64,000 nucleotides of DNA from the human T2T-CHM13v2.0 reference genome, Homo sapiens, in assembly GCF_009914755.1 (NCBI RefSeq), contig NC_060937.1; one strand, 5' to 3'. The notes below the pieces were generated by a model that was not told where the DNA came from, did not search any database, and was given only the letters and a program-made list of their open reading frames with translations. The stretch's first letter is position 1; each line of letters begins with the position of its first letter. The translations under genes and the position numbers were made by a program. Positions 1-14,131 of the stretch are shown piece by piece.

Positions 1-449
1 GGTGGGGGCCAGGGAGTATTGCGGGGAGAGAACGGAGCTAAGAGAGGAAGGGAGACCGTTGAAGGACAGGTGATGCACATCTAGATTAGCATGTGGCCTC
101 CGGGAAATGGATGAAGTTTAGAGAAGTACTCAGTCCTAGCATCAGGCTTCAGACAAGGGGCAGGCTGGGGAGCTTCTAACAAAGCCCCGAGAAATTTTTT
201 TCTTTTGGACCTGAGTGAGTAGCGGGTTGAGTTAATCATACTCTTCTGTGTATAATCACCGTCATCATTAGTTCACTGGCGCCCTCACTTAGTTTGTGTA
301 TTCATTTGCTTAGTCATTCATTTTTTTAATCCCCATTCTGCACTGTTGTTATTCTCCCCCCTTATATGCAGCTTGTCTAATGTTTGTGCTTTTTTGTTTC
401 TGAGTGTTCTTTCAAAGTGTTTGTTGTTTTCTTGTTTGTATGTTATTTT

Positions 450-2330
450 AAAAACTTTTTATTGTGGAGGGGAATTTTGAACATATCCAAAAAGACATAG
501 AAGAATATAATAAATCCCGTGTGCCCATCATTCATCCTTAACTACCATCAGGCCATGGCCAGTCCTACTTCATCTACATCCCATCCACTGCCTGCCTTCC
601 ACACATCAGATCATTTCTCCCATAAGTATTTGAGTGTGTTTTTCTGCAAGATAACACAACCACAAAATCCTCATCAATAGCTTTAAAAGAACAATGTTTT
701 CTTAATATCAAAAAGCTAATCCTCAAATTTCCAATCTTCTAATGACTGTTATTTTTTCCACAGTTTGTTTATATGAGTCCGGATTTAAATAAGGCCCAAA
801 CATAGTGATTAAACATAGTGATTGGTTTATATTTCTATAAGTCTCTTTTAATTAGCAGGTTTCTTACCGAATCTGTTTCTTTTTTCCCCTACAGTTTGTT
901 TGTTGAGAAACTCAGGTCTTTTGTCCCGTAGAATTTAACAAAGTGTAGATTTTGCTGATTGCGTCCCTGTGGTGTAGTTTAACGAGTTCCTCCGTTCTTT
1001 TGTAGTTTCTTTGAGTTGGTAGCTGAATCTAGGGATCTCATCACATCTGTATTTAATTTTTTTAACAAGACTGTTTCATGGTTTGTCTTGTGTTCTTTCG
1101 TCAGGATGTGCATAACGTGGTTGTCTCTTTTTTATGTGACATTAGCAGCCACTGATGATCAAAGCCTAGGACTATTTATTTTTGTATTACTTATCTATTG
1201 CTGTGTAACACTATTGATGCAAACTTAGTGGTTTATAGCAAAACATATTAATTATCTCAGTGTTTATGGATCAAAATCCAGGCATGAATCAGCTGATTCC
1301 TCTGCTTCCAGATGTCTCAGAAGTCTGCAAACAAGGTGTTGACCAGGGCTGGGGTGTCACCTGAGGCTTGACTAATATAGGATCCCCTTTCAAGTTTATG
1401 TGGCTGTTGGCAGGATTTCATTCTTTGGGGGTTGTCTAACTAAGGGCCTCATTTCCTTGCTGGCTGTTGGTCAGAGGCCACCGTTAGTTGCTTGCCCTGT
1501 GAGCCTCCCCATATAGCAGCTTAGTTCATCAACTTCAGCAGTACAGAGACCCATAGAGAAAGCCTGCTAGCAAGAGAGAGGCTACAATTGTATGTAACAT
1601 AATCATGGAAGTGACACCCATAGCTTTTACATATTGTGTTGGTTGGAAGTAAATCACAGGTCCCATCCACACTCAAGGGGAGGGGATTGCACAATGGTGT
1701 AAGTATCAGGGATAATTGCAGGCTGTCTTAGAGTCTATTTGCCACAGTTGAGTTTGCAAACTGATGATATTGTAATTCTGGGATTTCTTCTTTGTTTACT
1801 AGCTGGAATATTTCTATAAGAAAAAACTTCTCCTTGTATTGTTTGACTATCCATGGTATATTTTAGAAAGGGATCAGAATAAATGCTTGATTCTTCCCTT
1901 TTACTTACCAGTTTTAAAAACTAATAAGTTGATTCCCTTGCATTCTCCAATGGTGGTCAATTACATGGGCAGGTATTGTTAATTATGTAAATATTGTGCT
2001 AAATATTGTATTCTGTTTATTTCCTTTTCAGAAACTCAGTACTGTGTTTTAAAGATCTATTCATAATGATGTGCGTACATCTGGTTCTTAGCTTCTACTT
2101 GTTGAAGAGTCTTCATGGTGCGTGTAACCCCTTTCACCTATCTACTCAGCCAATGGACACCAAGACTGCCTCCAAGTCTCTGCCACGATGACCATTCTCA
2201 TACAGCTTCCCTCATGGACTCACACACCTGCAGTGGAATTGGTGAGTCATACAGTGTAACTAAGTAGTCAGTTTGCTTAAGTAGTGCCAGATTGCTTTCC
2301 AGAATGGCTGCACAAAGCTGTTCTCTCATG
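450..2330 (-). mobile_element. Old L1M (L1MC/L1ME-type) 3' fragments, interrupted by an MLT1 LTR
   Basis: T-rich diverged L1 3'-end motifs (e.g. 'gtgccagattgctttccagaatggctgcac'). Boundaries approximate. Confidence 0.55.
1183..1746 (-). mobile_element. MLT1-family (ERVL-MaLR) solo LTR, MLT1E/F-like
   Basis: Starts 'tgtattacttatctattgctgtgtaaca', contains 'gtggctgttggcaggatttcattc' and 'cactcaaggggaggggatt', ends 'tgccaca' (TG...CA termini). Confidence 0.75.
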
Positions 2331-2678
2331 AAAATGATTTATTACCATATGTAGCTTAGCTTAAGGTGGGAGGAAACACCTTAGTATCTTCATGAATTTT
2401 ATGCCCTTCACTAAGCTGAACTAAATTTCTTAAGAAGGTTTCCTATCAGAAGCATCCAAGTTACTCCATATCTCCAAAGCCACAGCCGTGCTGGGTGATG
2501 AGAGCTAGGAGACAGAATCTTATACTATTATATCCCAACCTCGACTATTGCAACCTGGTAAACTATGCAAATTCTATCCCAGGCCTCAGAGATGAGGGAG
2601 AGGAAGATGGGAAGAAGAAGGTATGATGTATTAGGCCGTTTTTGCATTACTTGTAAAGAAATAACTGAGGCTGGGTAA

Positions 2679-4509
<1,831 letters not shown>

Positions 4510-5199
4510 TTAGCTCATGGTTCTGCAGCATTGCTCCAGCATCCGCATCAGGTGAAGGCCTTGGGAACCTTACAATCATGGTGGAAGGCAAAGGGGGAGC
4601 AGGCATCACATGGTGAGAGCACGTGCAAGAGAGAGAGATTTTAAACAAACAGATCTTGCGAGAACTCATTCACTATCTAGAGGACAGCACCAAGCCATGA
4701 GGGATCCACCCTGATAACCCAAACACCTCTTACTAGGCCCCCACCTCCAACATTGGGGATCATATTTCAACATGAGATTGGAGGGACACACATACAAAGT
4801 TTACCAAAGAGATAAAGGAAAGATTGGGAAACAGGTGAGAAAAATTACTTCACTTATGTAGGAAGGAGCAATGGGGAATCATGCTCTATTGTTCATTCAC
4901 CAACTCAGCTTCTTGTTTTATAGACATGGAAACAAAGACCTAGGGATGAAGCCATGTCTCCAAGGATTATATGGTGAGTTTAAGACTGCTAGGCTAGTCT
5001 GCTGGCTTCCAAGTGAGGTCTGGGATGCGGGGAAGGTTACAGAGAGACATATGCAAAGAGTAGAGAGAGAAGTATATTGGCTGATGGCTGAAGACTGCAG
5101 CAAGTTAAGACTGAATCTTGGACAATGTTAATATTTAAAAGAGATGAAAATGTGAAGCAGAGAGGATCAGATCAGTCTATTGTCCCCTCATGGAGACTG

Positions 5200-5396
5200 T
5201 GTATCTATTAAACACTTTATAAGCAGCTAACTCAGTCTTCACTACAACTCTTACAAAGAAGGGATTATCATTCATTTTTTACATATGTGGGAACAGACAC
5301 TCAATAGTTTTCAAGCAATTTCCTCAATGTCTTGCAGTTGCAAAGTGTTAGACTGCAATTCATATTCAGGTTTGTTGATGCCAGAATCTTTACCCT

Positions 5397-5398
<2 letters not shown>
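5200..5398 (-). mobile_element. MIR SINE
   Basis: Diverged core 'cattttttacatatgtgggaacagacactca...gcaatttcctcaatgtc'. Confidence 0.6.
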
Positions 5399-5446
<48 letters not shown>

Positions 5447-5458
5447 AGAGAGAGAGAG
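5399..5458. repeat. (AC)23 microsatellite followed by a short (GA)n
   Basis: Seen directly. Confidence 0.98.
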
Positions 5459-6639
5459 TGAGTGATATTCAAGGAGGGTGTGGTTAATAGAGCCAAATGC
5501 TGAAGAGAGGTCAAGGAGAGTGAGGAGAGGAAATGGTTTCAGAAATTGTGATCTTACATGGAGAAATTACTTCACCAATGTCCTTAGGCTGCTGAGTGGG
5601 GCAGTTAGGAGCTCATAACTACTGATTTGGGGAGGCTTTAAGACAAGTAGAATACTGGGACCACAGACAAGTGGAAATACATGGTTGGATCTTGAAACCT
5701 TAAATTAGATGCAATTTCAAACAGAATTTTGCTGGCTTAATCATCAACTTAAAGAAACCATAAGCGACCAGACTGACAATAGCTTTTGTCCAAGTCCAGG
5801 CAATGACATGGAGAACATTGAAACGGTGTTGATGATGCAGGTGCTATAAAGGAGACTGTAGAAAGACCATTAAAGCATTATTCTCACATGCCTGTGTCAG
5901 CAGAAAGCAAAGGGGGTGTCAAGGAACATGTTTTTTAGTTTGTCTAACCTGAAGGTTCACTGAAAAATTAATGTGTTTGGTAGTAAGGAGCAATTAATTA
6001 TCAATGAGCTTCTCCACCTGCATTCTCTTCTTTGGAAAAGGATCTTTCAATTTGGGCATCATAAATAGCAGTCTTTTTTTTTTTCAAACAGCATTTTAAT
6101 GAGCAGAACATAAATAAATTCATTGCTTCCAAAAACAATGCAGAGATTGAAGTGGCAGAGCACCAGGCAAGTTGCCTTTTGGGTTTTAAAAAACCCAATA
6201 TTTCATGACCATTGCAAGACCAAGGCAGGGTTTGCAGGATGGGCTCTTTATTGAAGCCAGGTGTAAGCTGTCTGCTCTTCCTGGCGGGGAGGCTGTTTGG
6301 GTTGAGTATTTCCTGTGGTGGCTGCGCATTCTGGCCCAAGTCCCTGGTGCCACTAGTCTTCCCCACTACTCCCACAATCTCTTCTTGCCTTTTCTCCCTT
6401 TCTCCCCTCCTTCCTTGCTTACTCTTTCCCTCCCTCCCCAAGTCTACTTTCTTGAGGCAGTTCCATTCACACACTCTACCCAAAATGTTTAAAAAATTAT
6501 TCATAATTCCACAATTCAGCTCATGTTATTGGACCCATGGCATGTTATTTATGTTCAGTGTGGCTACAGTAGAACTTGGACCCTGGAGTGATGGCATCTG
6601 GAGTGTTTCTGTTCACTCTTAGCTGAAAAGAAGCAGTGT

Positions 6640-6790
6640 TTGTAATTTTTGTCTGAGGATTCCTTCTTCTGTAAAATGGAACAACAGTTCCTGCCTTACC
6701 ACAAGCTTGTAAGGAGAAAATTAAATACAGTATATGAAAACCCCTAGGTCAGTGCCTGGCACATGGAAGGTGCTTGGTAAATATTGGCTA
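6640..6790 (+). mobile_element. MIR SINE fragment
   Basis: 'ttctgtaaaatggaacaacag...cagtgcctggcacatggaaggtgcttggtaaatatt'. Confidence 0.65.
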
Positions 6791-6979
6791 CTGTGAACAT
6801 AAACGTAAGATGACTGATTCCTTCTACCCCTCCAAAACAAAAGAAGGTGCATCCCTTCCTTAAAAGAAAAAGTGAGAAAATCCTGAAACTAGGGGCAGAG
6901 AAGTCAGGGAACAGAGCTCAAACATCTGTTCTTGAAGCCAGCTGCTTTGAAGTTGATATTATGGGAATTGGGAACTCTT

Positions 6980-7292
6980 GATTTTTTGGTAACAGCTTTA
7001 AGATATCATTGACATATGAAGGCTGTATATATTTAAGGCATACAACTTGATGTTTTGATATGTGTATACATTGTGAAATAATCACTGCTTTCCACATAAT
7101 TAACATATATATTGCCTCTACAAAGTTATGCTTTTTTTTTTTTTTTTTTTTTTTTTTTCTGTGTTGCCCAGGCTGGAATGCAGTAGTGCAATCCTTGCTC
7201 ACTCTAACCTCAAACTCCTGGGCTCAAGCAATTTTCCCACCTCAGCCTCCTGAGTAGCTGGGACTACAAGTGTGTGCCACCTTGACTGGCTA

Positions 7293-7344
<52 letters not shown>

Positions 7345-7695
7345 GGGTCTTGCTCTGTTGCCCAGGCTAGTCTCAAACTCCTGGCTTCAAACAATCCTCC
7401 CACCTCAGCCTCCCAAAGTACTGGGACTACAGGTGTGAGCCACTGTGCCTGGCCTGTAGTTACCATTTTTATACTTCATGACCAACATCGCCCCATTCCC
7501 CCTTCTGCCAACCCTTGGCAACCACCATCTTACTATGAATTTGATTATTTTAAATTCCACATGTAAGTAAAATTGTTCAGTATTTCTCTTTCTATGTCTC
7601 ATTTAGCATAATGACCTCCAGCTCCATCCATGTTGTTACACATGACAGGATTTTATTTATTTTAAAAGGCTGAATAATATTGCATTGTGTATATG
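6980..7695 (-). mobile_element. L1MA/L1MB 3' end, interrupted by AluJ
   Basis: 'ggctgtatatatttaaggcatacaacttgatg', 'cttggcaaccaccat', 'ggctgaataatattgcattgtgtatat'. Confidence 0.75.
7132..7454 (-). mobile_element. AluJ with a (TG)n microsatellite in the middle linker (7297-7339)
   Basis: Poly-T tail, J-type motifs ('ctcctgggctcaagc'), ends 'cctggcc'. Confidence 0.92.
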
Positions 7696-8067
7696 TCTAT
7701 CATGAGAATTTTGAAGAAGCCTCAAGAGTGGTCAAGGAGAATCCTGGCTACAAGAAGATGATGTTTAATTATGGGCATTAAATTGTCTAATTAATAACCA
7801 AGGTCATCTGGAGAAAATCTGTGGGTAGATGGGATCAGGTTTCTAGGATTCAATCTGACACACGACTCATTAATCAATGAGGCCAAAGCTCCCCAGTGAC
7901 CTCCATATTGTCAAACTCACTATGTGCTTCTTGGTTCTTGACCTCTAAAATTAACTGATGTTGGTGACCCTCTACCCCTTAAATCAGTGACTGATATGAC
8001 AAAATTCTCTTTTGATCTTATATGTTTTGGGGGTTCTTGGTTGAATCTTCCTCTGTATGGCTTTTAA

Positions 8068-8427
<360 letters not shown>

Positions 8428-8739
8428 AGTATCTTCACTTTTAACCACCACCCATTTGTAGATGTTACCCAGCATAAAACTGTGCTATCTTTGTAAGGAG
8501 GCTCTTTGAACTTAGCCCAATCCAGTTGGCTGGTATGTCCATCAGTTCTTCCTGCTGTATGTCCTTTCAGGCCCTTCTCTTCTCTACAGCCCCATCCCAG
8601 AGCTGCCTTAGGTAAGGTCTTCCTCATCTTATGTGTGGCAGAGCCAAGTCTCTGTGGCAGAAACCCTGACATCTACTTCGACTCCCTCTACTGCTTTGCC
8701 AACAACGTGCACTTTCTAAAATACATGAGCTTTTAAAAA

Positions 8740-9940
8740 AATTCAACCTGATAGATTGTCTTCTAATACATGAATTTAATATGTTGATATTTATTGTGAT
8801 TATCACCATATTTGGACTTATTGTTAACATCTTAAAAATACATACATTTTAATTTCTTCCCAACACTTTTTTCTCTCCATTGCTTTGGAAACTATACATT
8901 TAACTTTTTGGTAGGTTATATCTTTACCATACATGAGTTTTCTAATAACATCTGAAATTATTCAGTCACTCTCATTCCTCTATCTTCCTTATTTTTGTCA
9001 CCTAGAATTTAAAATAAAAGAGTTATTTTTGATAGTTAGTAGTTAAATTATCAATATAATTTACCAGTTTCTTTGCTCACCATTTAAAATAAATTTGTAC
9101 TCCTTCTTTGTGATCCTTTTTCCTCTTGAGGAACTATTTTTCATTTAGTGAGTGTCCGTAGGTGTTAAAAGTTCTTAGACTTCATATGTCTAAAAATATC
9201 TACCTCACCTTCTTCTTAAATGATAGTTCAAATAGGTAAAGAATACTTATTTTTCCTTAAGCTTTGATCACATCACTCTTCTGTCTTCTGATATTTGTTG
9301 TTAATGATGAGAAGTCTGCTGTTGGTCTTATTGCTACTCTTTTGTGGATTGTCTTTTTCCCTGTTAGATTTTAAATTTTTTTCTCTATAGCAATGTTCTG
9401 CAGTTTCATTACAATGCATCTAGTTAGGAATATATATATTTGATGCCCAGTGTTCACTATAAATCTATGATTTTTTTCAGTACTGGAAAATTATGAACTG
9501 TTAGTTCCTTCTATATATTTTTTTCTACACCAATTCTTCTATTCTTTCATTTTGGGGCTGCTGTGAGTCTTCTGTTGGAGTCCCTCAGTCTGTCCTCTTG
9601 GCTTCTGATGACCCTTTTCATGTCTTCTTTTTATCTTCTGTGCTATCTTCTGGGCAGTCTGTGAGCTTCCAATTTCAATGACAGTATATTCTGTTTTCAG
9701 GACTAGTATTTGGTTGCTTTTCAGAACCATATATTGTTTATTCATATCTGCTTTTTTTGTTTGTTTGTTTCTCATAGATGTAATTACTTCCTTTATCTCT
9801 GAGGGTTTTAAGCATGCTTCTTTTAAATGCTTTTGAGATTGCTCAGGTGTTTCTATTTGGAGGGAGTAAATGTTGCTGGTCTTTGAGCTTGTTGTCTAAC
9901 TTTCTTCCTGTTAAATTTTCTTTCAAATTTAGGTTTGTAT
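8740..9940 (-). mobile_element. Very old L1M fragment(s)
   Basis: T-rich, with 'gatgagaagtctgctg' and 'gttctgcagtttcattacaatg' typical of antisense old L1 ORF1 region. Confidence 0.55.
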
Positions 9941-11559
9941 GCTCTTCCTGAGGAGCTCACTTCTCCCCATAGCTCTGGGTTATTTTCCTCCCCAGTTAAT
10001 GGTTTTGACATTGCCTCTGTCTGGTTCCCAGGAACTCTGTTCTGGATCCAGGTTGAATGTTGGTGGATGGGCTCTTACCTCATGTACTGGGGATACCTAC
10101 ATGTAGCCACTCAGCTGGTGGGTGGCTTCCCCCAGGACGGGGCTCCAGGGCTGTGCCTGCTTCCTGCCCATCCACTGGCCTATAGAAAGGCCAATGTTTT
10201 AGCTTTTCCACCTCCTTTTACAAACAAGGGAGCTCAGCACCATGCCTGGCTTCAGGTGGTGATCCTGACTTGGGTCCTCTGCCATATCTGGAAGGTTTTG
10301 CTCCCTGTTACCCCAAAAGAATCAGACTTTGGTCATCTATGCCTTCTTGACCAAGAGACCAAGAGGCCCATGGTTTTGACACTATTTATTACTCTTTCTT
10401 TTTCATGGAAGTATTTATCTGATTTTTCAGTGTGATTTTATTTTTATTGCAGAAATACATGTTTTACATATTATTGCTGTGTTTGGAGTAGAGATGAGGG
10501 GGCCCACAACTTGAGCTCAAAATGCCATTTTGCCAGGGAATATCTCTCCCTATTAATCTTTGTGTTCCCATGCTTGTCACATAGCAGGTGCTTGATGAAT
10601 TTTGGTGGTTTGCTGTTACTGAGACATGGGCCTATTGGAGGCACAGAGGCCTGATGGTGAGAAAACCCCAGTTACCACAAAGTCAGGGAAAGCTCTGTCT
10701 GAGGCCCTCTTCTGTGACTTGGAGGCCTATCTCAGAAAGCTCTACTTCCTGGAAGGACTATCAGGGTGTTAAAGTGTCCTCGCTACTAGAGAGAGGACTG
10801 ATCCTTTTAGTGCAGAAAAGCATCCTCATCCACTTATGAGCCTTTCGTGTAGTGTTTAAAGAAAGTGTTGTCATTTAAGCTGATTTGTGGCCCATCAGAA
10901 GACTCAATATCCCCAAATTTGGATTCCTGGGCCAGTGGGTCAGTGTTCTCTTCAGCAGACTGCCTCAGTGGTAGAGACAGGAGCTGCATTGATTGTTGAC
11001 AGGACACCAACCTGTGTGAAAAGCAGGTCTCACATAATCTGTCCAGGCGATAATCTGCTTTAGGATTGATAGATGCCCTCTGTGGAGAAAATAAGTCAGT
11101 AATGTGCTCTCAGCAGGAAACTTTGTCAGCGGGTTGTTAGAAGTAAAGGGTGTGATTACAATCTAACTTCAGTGTAACTTTGACTCTTCCGTGTGTTTTT
11201 CTCATTTATCTCATGAGTCATAAAAACATTTTGATGATTGCAGCAAAGTCTGTGGCTACTTAGCTCTACCACACTGGAAACACTTTATCCAGTAATAGAA
11301 AGAAATAGAGTGCCACATTGTTATGTTCCAGAGATCCAGCCTCCGCTCTTTCTTTGTCTTTTATTGGAAACTTGTGAGATTTGGAAGACTGTTCCCTGGA
11401 TGCATTTGGCATCCCAGTTTGCTGAGAGTTTCTACAGTTCTGGTTCACTGCTGGCTCAGCGTGGTGTGGGAGACATTGGGTGTTTTGCCTGTCCAGCATC
11501 TATTTCCATTCTTCTAGGAACTGGATGTTTCTGTCTGGTGGAGAACGTATTCCACAACT

Positions 11560-11901
11560 GGAGCCAGACCCACCCTGCCACAGAGGAAGCCACGTGACCC
11601 AGGAGTGGTTTAGAAATGGGCACATGACCCAAGCAGAGGCTTCCCAGGACCTTTCTGTTGGAACTATTTGAAACTACTTTCATTCCACTGGAATTCTATG
11701 CTGGCAACCACCTTCTCACCTTTTGGAGAGCACCTGTCCAGCAGGTGCAGAGAGAGGCACGTGTATGATGACATTGTCTGAAACCTTACATCAGCCTTGC
11801 CCGAGGTCAAATGCATTTCAGTGAATAAACTCATGGATTTCTTTCTTGATTTAAGCTAATTTGAGTTGAATTTCTGTCACTCAAGACTGAAAGTGTCCTG
11901 A
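11560..11901. mobile_element. Old ERVL/MaLR LTR fragment (MLT1J/K-like)
   Basis: 'gggcacatgacccaagc' and terminal 'ttaagctaatttgagttgaatttctgtcact...aaagtgtcctga'. Confidence 0.55.
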
Positions 11902-13969
11902 CCCTTATGTGTAGGAGTTAGGAGTGAGAAATCATTTAACAGAATTCTTGAGAGCATGCTCTGTTTACATCTTCACTCATTTCAAGCCCAGGCTACTTAT
12001 GATGCATGCCTGGCCCTTAGGCACTCTCAGCATAGTTGTTTATGAAGGATTTTGGACAATAATTGACTTTTTGGGTGTCTAAGGTTTGAGTTTCTTTTAT
12101 CAACTAGTGCTGGAGGAGCCAAATAGTCAAGACTGGGGAAAGGAGAGGAGGAAGAAGACCATGAAGTAGGGAACCTACTGATCCTAGGAGCCATCCAGGA
12201 ACTGCAACTATTGTGTGCCTAAATACAGGAAGGGCCAGCGACTGAGGATGTGCCTTCTGGATGCCTGCCACGTTTCCTGCTCATTCACCCAAGCCTGCCG
12301 AGATATCAGTTTACCCAGAGAGTCAACGTACTTTTTCCACAGTGAGACCAATTGAGAACACAAGTATCCCAATTTCCAGGCAAGTGCTCTATTTATCAGA
12401 TCACACTTCCTTCCTGCTTTGAGAACAAAATAACCTAGCAGTCAGAAAGCACAATTGGGCACAAGATTCTACAAACAACAGGAGAACATATCCTGTAGAA
12501 AAACAGCACAGTGTGCGTGGTCTGTGTAGCTGGGAGCTCCTGTAGAACAGGTGGGCTTTCAGAAGTTCAAGAGAAGGAAGATAGGACAGAGAACCTCTGA
12601 GCTTGCCTCTTTCCACCAAAAAGCTGTGGAGGTTCTGACTCAGGGTACACAGGTGCAGTAAGACTGTGTGGGGCAGGAGGAACAGCAGTAGGAGAAGACA
12701 TAGAAATCAGTAGAAGGCAAGGCTGAATGAGGGGACTGATTGCTGATTAGAATCTTGCTCTTCTCTTCTATGTGTTGTGTTCCAAGGGAACCCCTAAGTC
12801 TGAATATGGATTGGAATAGGAACCTTGAAACTGTCATTGAGGAGCGAAGCATGGCAGTGTTGGGGTGGGTGTTGCCAGGTGGACGGGATGGGGAGAGGAA
12901 GTGGTTTTGTAGGAGAACAAAAGAGAAGCAAGTGAAGATGGTTTCTTCACCAGAAGCTGCCCTCAAGCCGAGTAAGCGAGGCATGGAATGTTGGGCTTCT
13001 AGAAAGATCCTGGACCTTAGGCCCTGATCCAGGTGGAGCCCAGAGGGCTGAGATCAGAGGAAACCTGCTGAGAAAGTGTGGGATTTCTTACCACAAGACA
13101 GTCTTACTGCCCTGACCAGACCTGGCCACGATTGACATTTAGACAAAAAAGAGCACACAGAGAACACTGAGGAGCGTGGCCCACCCATGCTGTGTAGGAG
13201 GCAGACAGACACCTTTTGTCTGTGAGGCCAGTACACTCTGTGTGTCTCCTCTAGTCTACAGCCAATTCCCTCAGCCATCGCTGGCTTTTAATCCAAAAAC
13301 TCATCTGTGGGAGATTGATTCAGCGCCTACGTGCTGCCTGTCAGCTCAGGGCCAGGGCAAAGCCAAGCAGGGCACAGATGTGGCTTCTGCTCCCACCTTT
13401 CTGGCTCCTCCATGCCCTTTAATTCATTGCATCAGGTTCCCCTTTTTAAGAGCTTAACGACTGAGGTGTGTGCACAGCTTGTGTTCCTGACCAAGGAAAA
13501 ACTCTGTGCTCTGTCTGCGGCACGTCAGCATCCTCCCCCGTCTCCTGTTGCCAGCCTCTGCCCTGCCCAATGCAGTTCAGCTGGCTTGCCAGCACCGATG
13601 GGAAGCCTTCTGGTTGCCCCTGGCTGATGAAGGTCTTCTCTCCCCACCCCCAGCCCTGCTCCCAGATGGGGAGAGTTTTTGGAGACCCTCAAAATAATTA
13701 TTCACTCCATTAATTAGATGTGTAAAAAGGGTGGGGGATATTACTCTAGGAACGAATTTGAGACCCTTGTGGTGTCAGAGAAAGGACTAAATGGACAACA
13801 AGCCCACATTATAAATTATTTATTTCATCCATTCCATCTGAACAATGGATACGTCCATGTGAAAACCAGAGCTCAAAAATCAGAATCAAAGGACTGACCA
13901 CCATGGCCCACAAGCACCCTCTACATCACTGACCCCCTAGTATGTCATTAAAATAATTAAAAATAAAGA

Positions 13970-14131
13970 GGCTGGGTGCAAGGGCTCATGCCTGTAGTCC
14001 CAGCAGTTTGAGAGGCCAAGGTCAGAGGATGGCTTCTGGTCAGGAGTTCAAGACCAGCCTGGTCAACATAGTGAGACTCAATCCCTACGAATTTTTTTTT
14101 TTTAAAGACAAGAAAAAAAAAGAAAAGAAAA
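13970..14131 (+). mobile_element. Free left Alu monomer (FLAM_C-like)
   Basis: 'ggctgggtgcaagggctcatgcctgtagtcccagc...caggagttcaagaccagcctgg' followed by an A-rich tail, with no right arm. Confidence 0.85.

Noticed and set aside
1-300. Possible promoter or CpG-island edge at the window start
   Set aside because: Only a few CpGs and no clear core promoter. It cannot be judged without upstream sequence.
798-823. 13-bp tandem duplication 'aaacatagtgatt' x2
   Set aside because: Ordinary slippage duplication inside an old L1 fragment.
6001-6622. Overlapping 167-aa (-) and 136-aa (+) ORFs
   Set aside because: Low-complexity purine/pyrimidine tract translations with no domain-like features, consistent with chance ORFs.
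9935-10435. 166-aa ORF
   Set aside because: Non-ATG start, no recognisable motif, and adjacent to decayed L1 sequence.
11071-11086. CTCF-like 'tgccctctgtgg'
   Set aside because: One base shorter than the CCASYAGRKGGC core spacing, so it cannot be supported.
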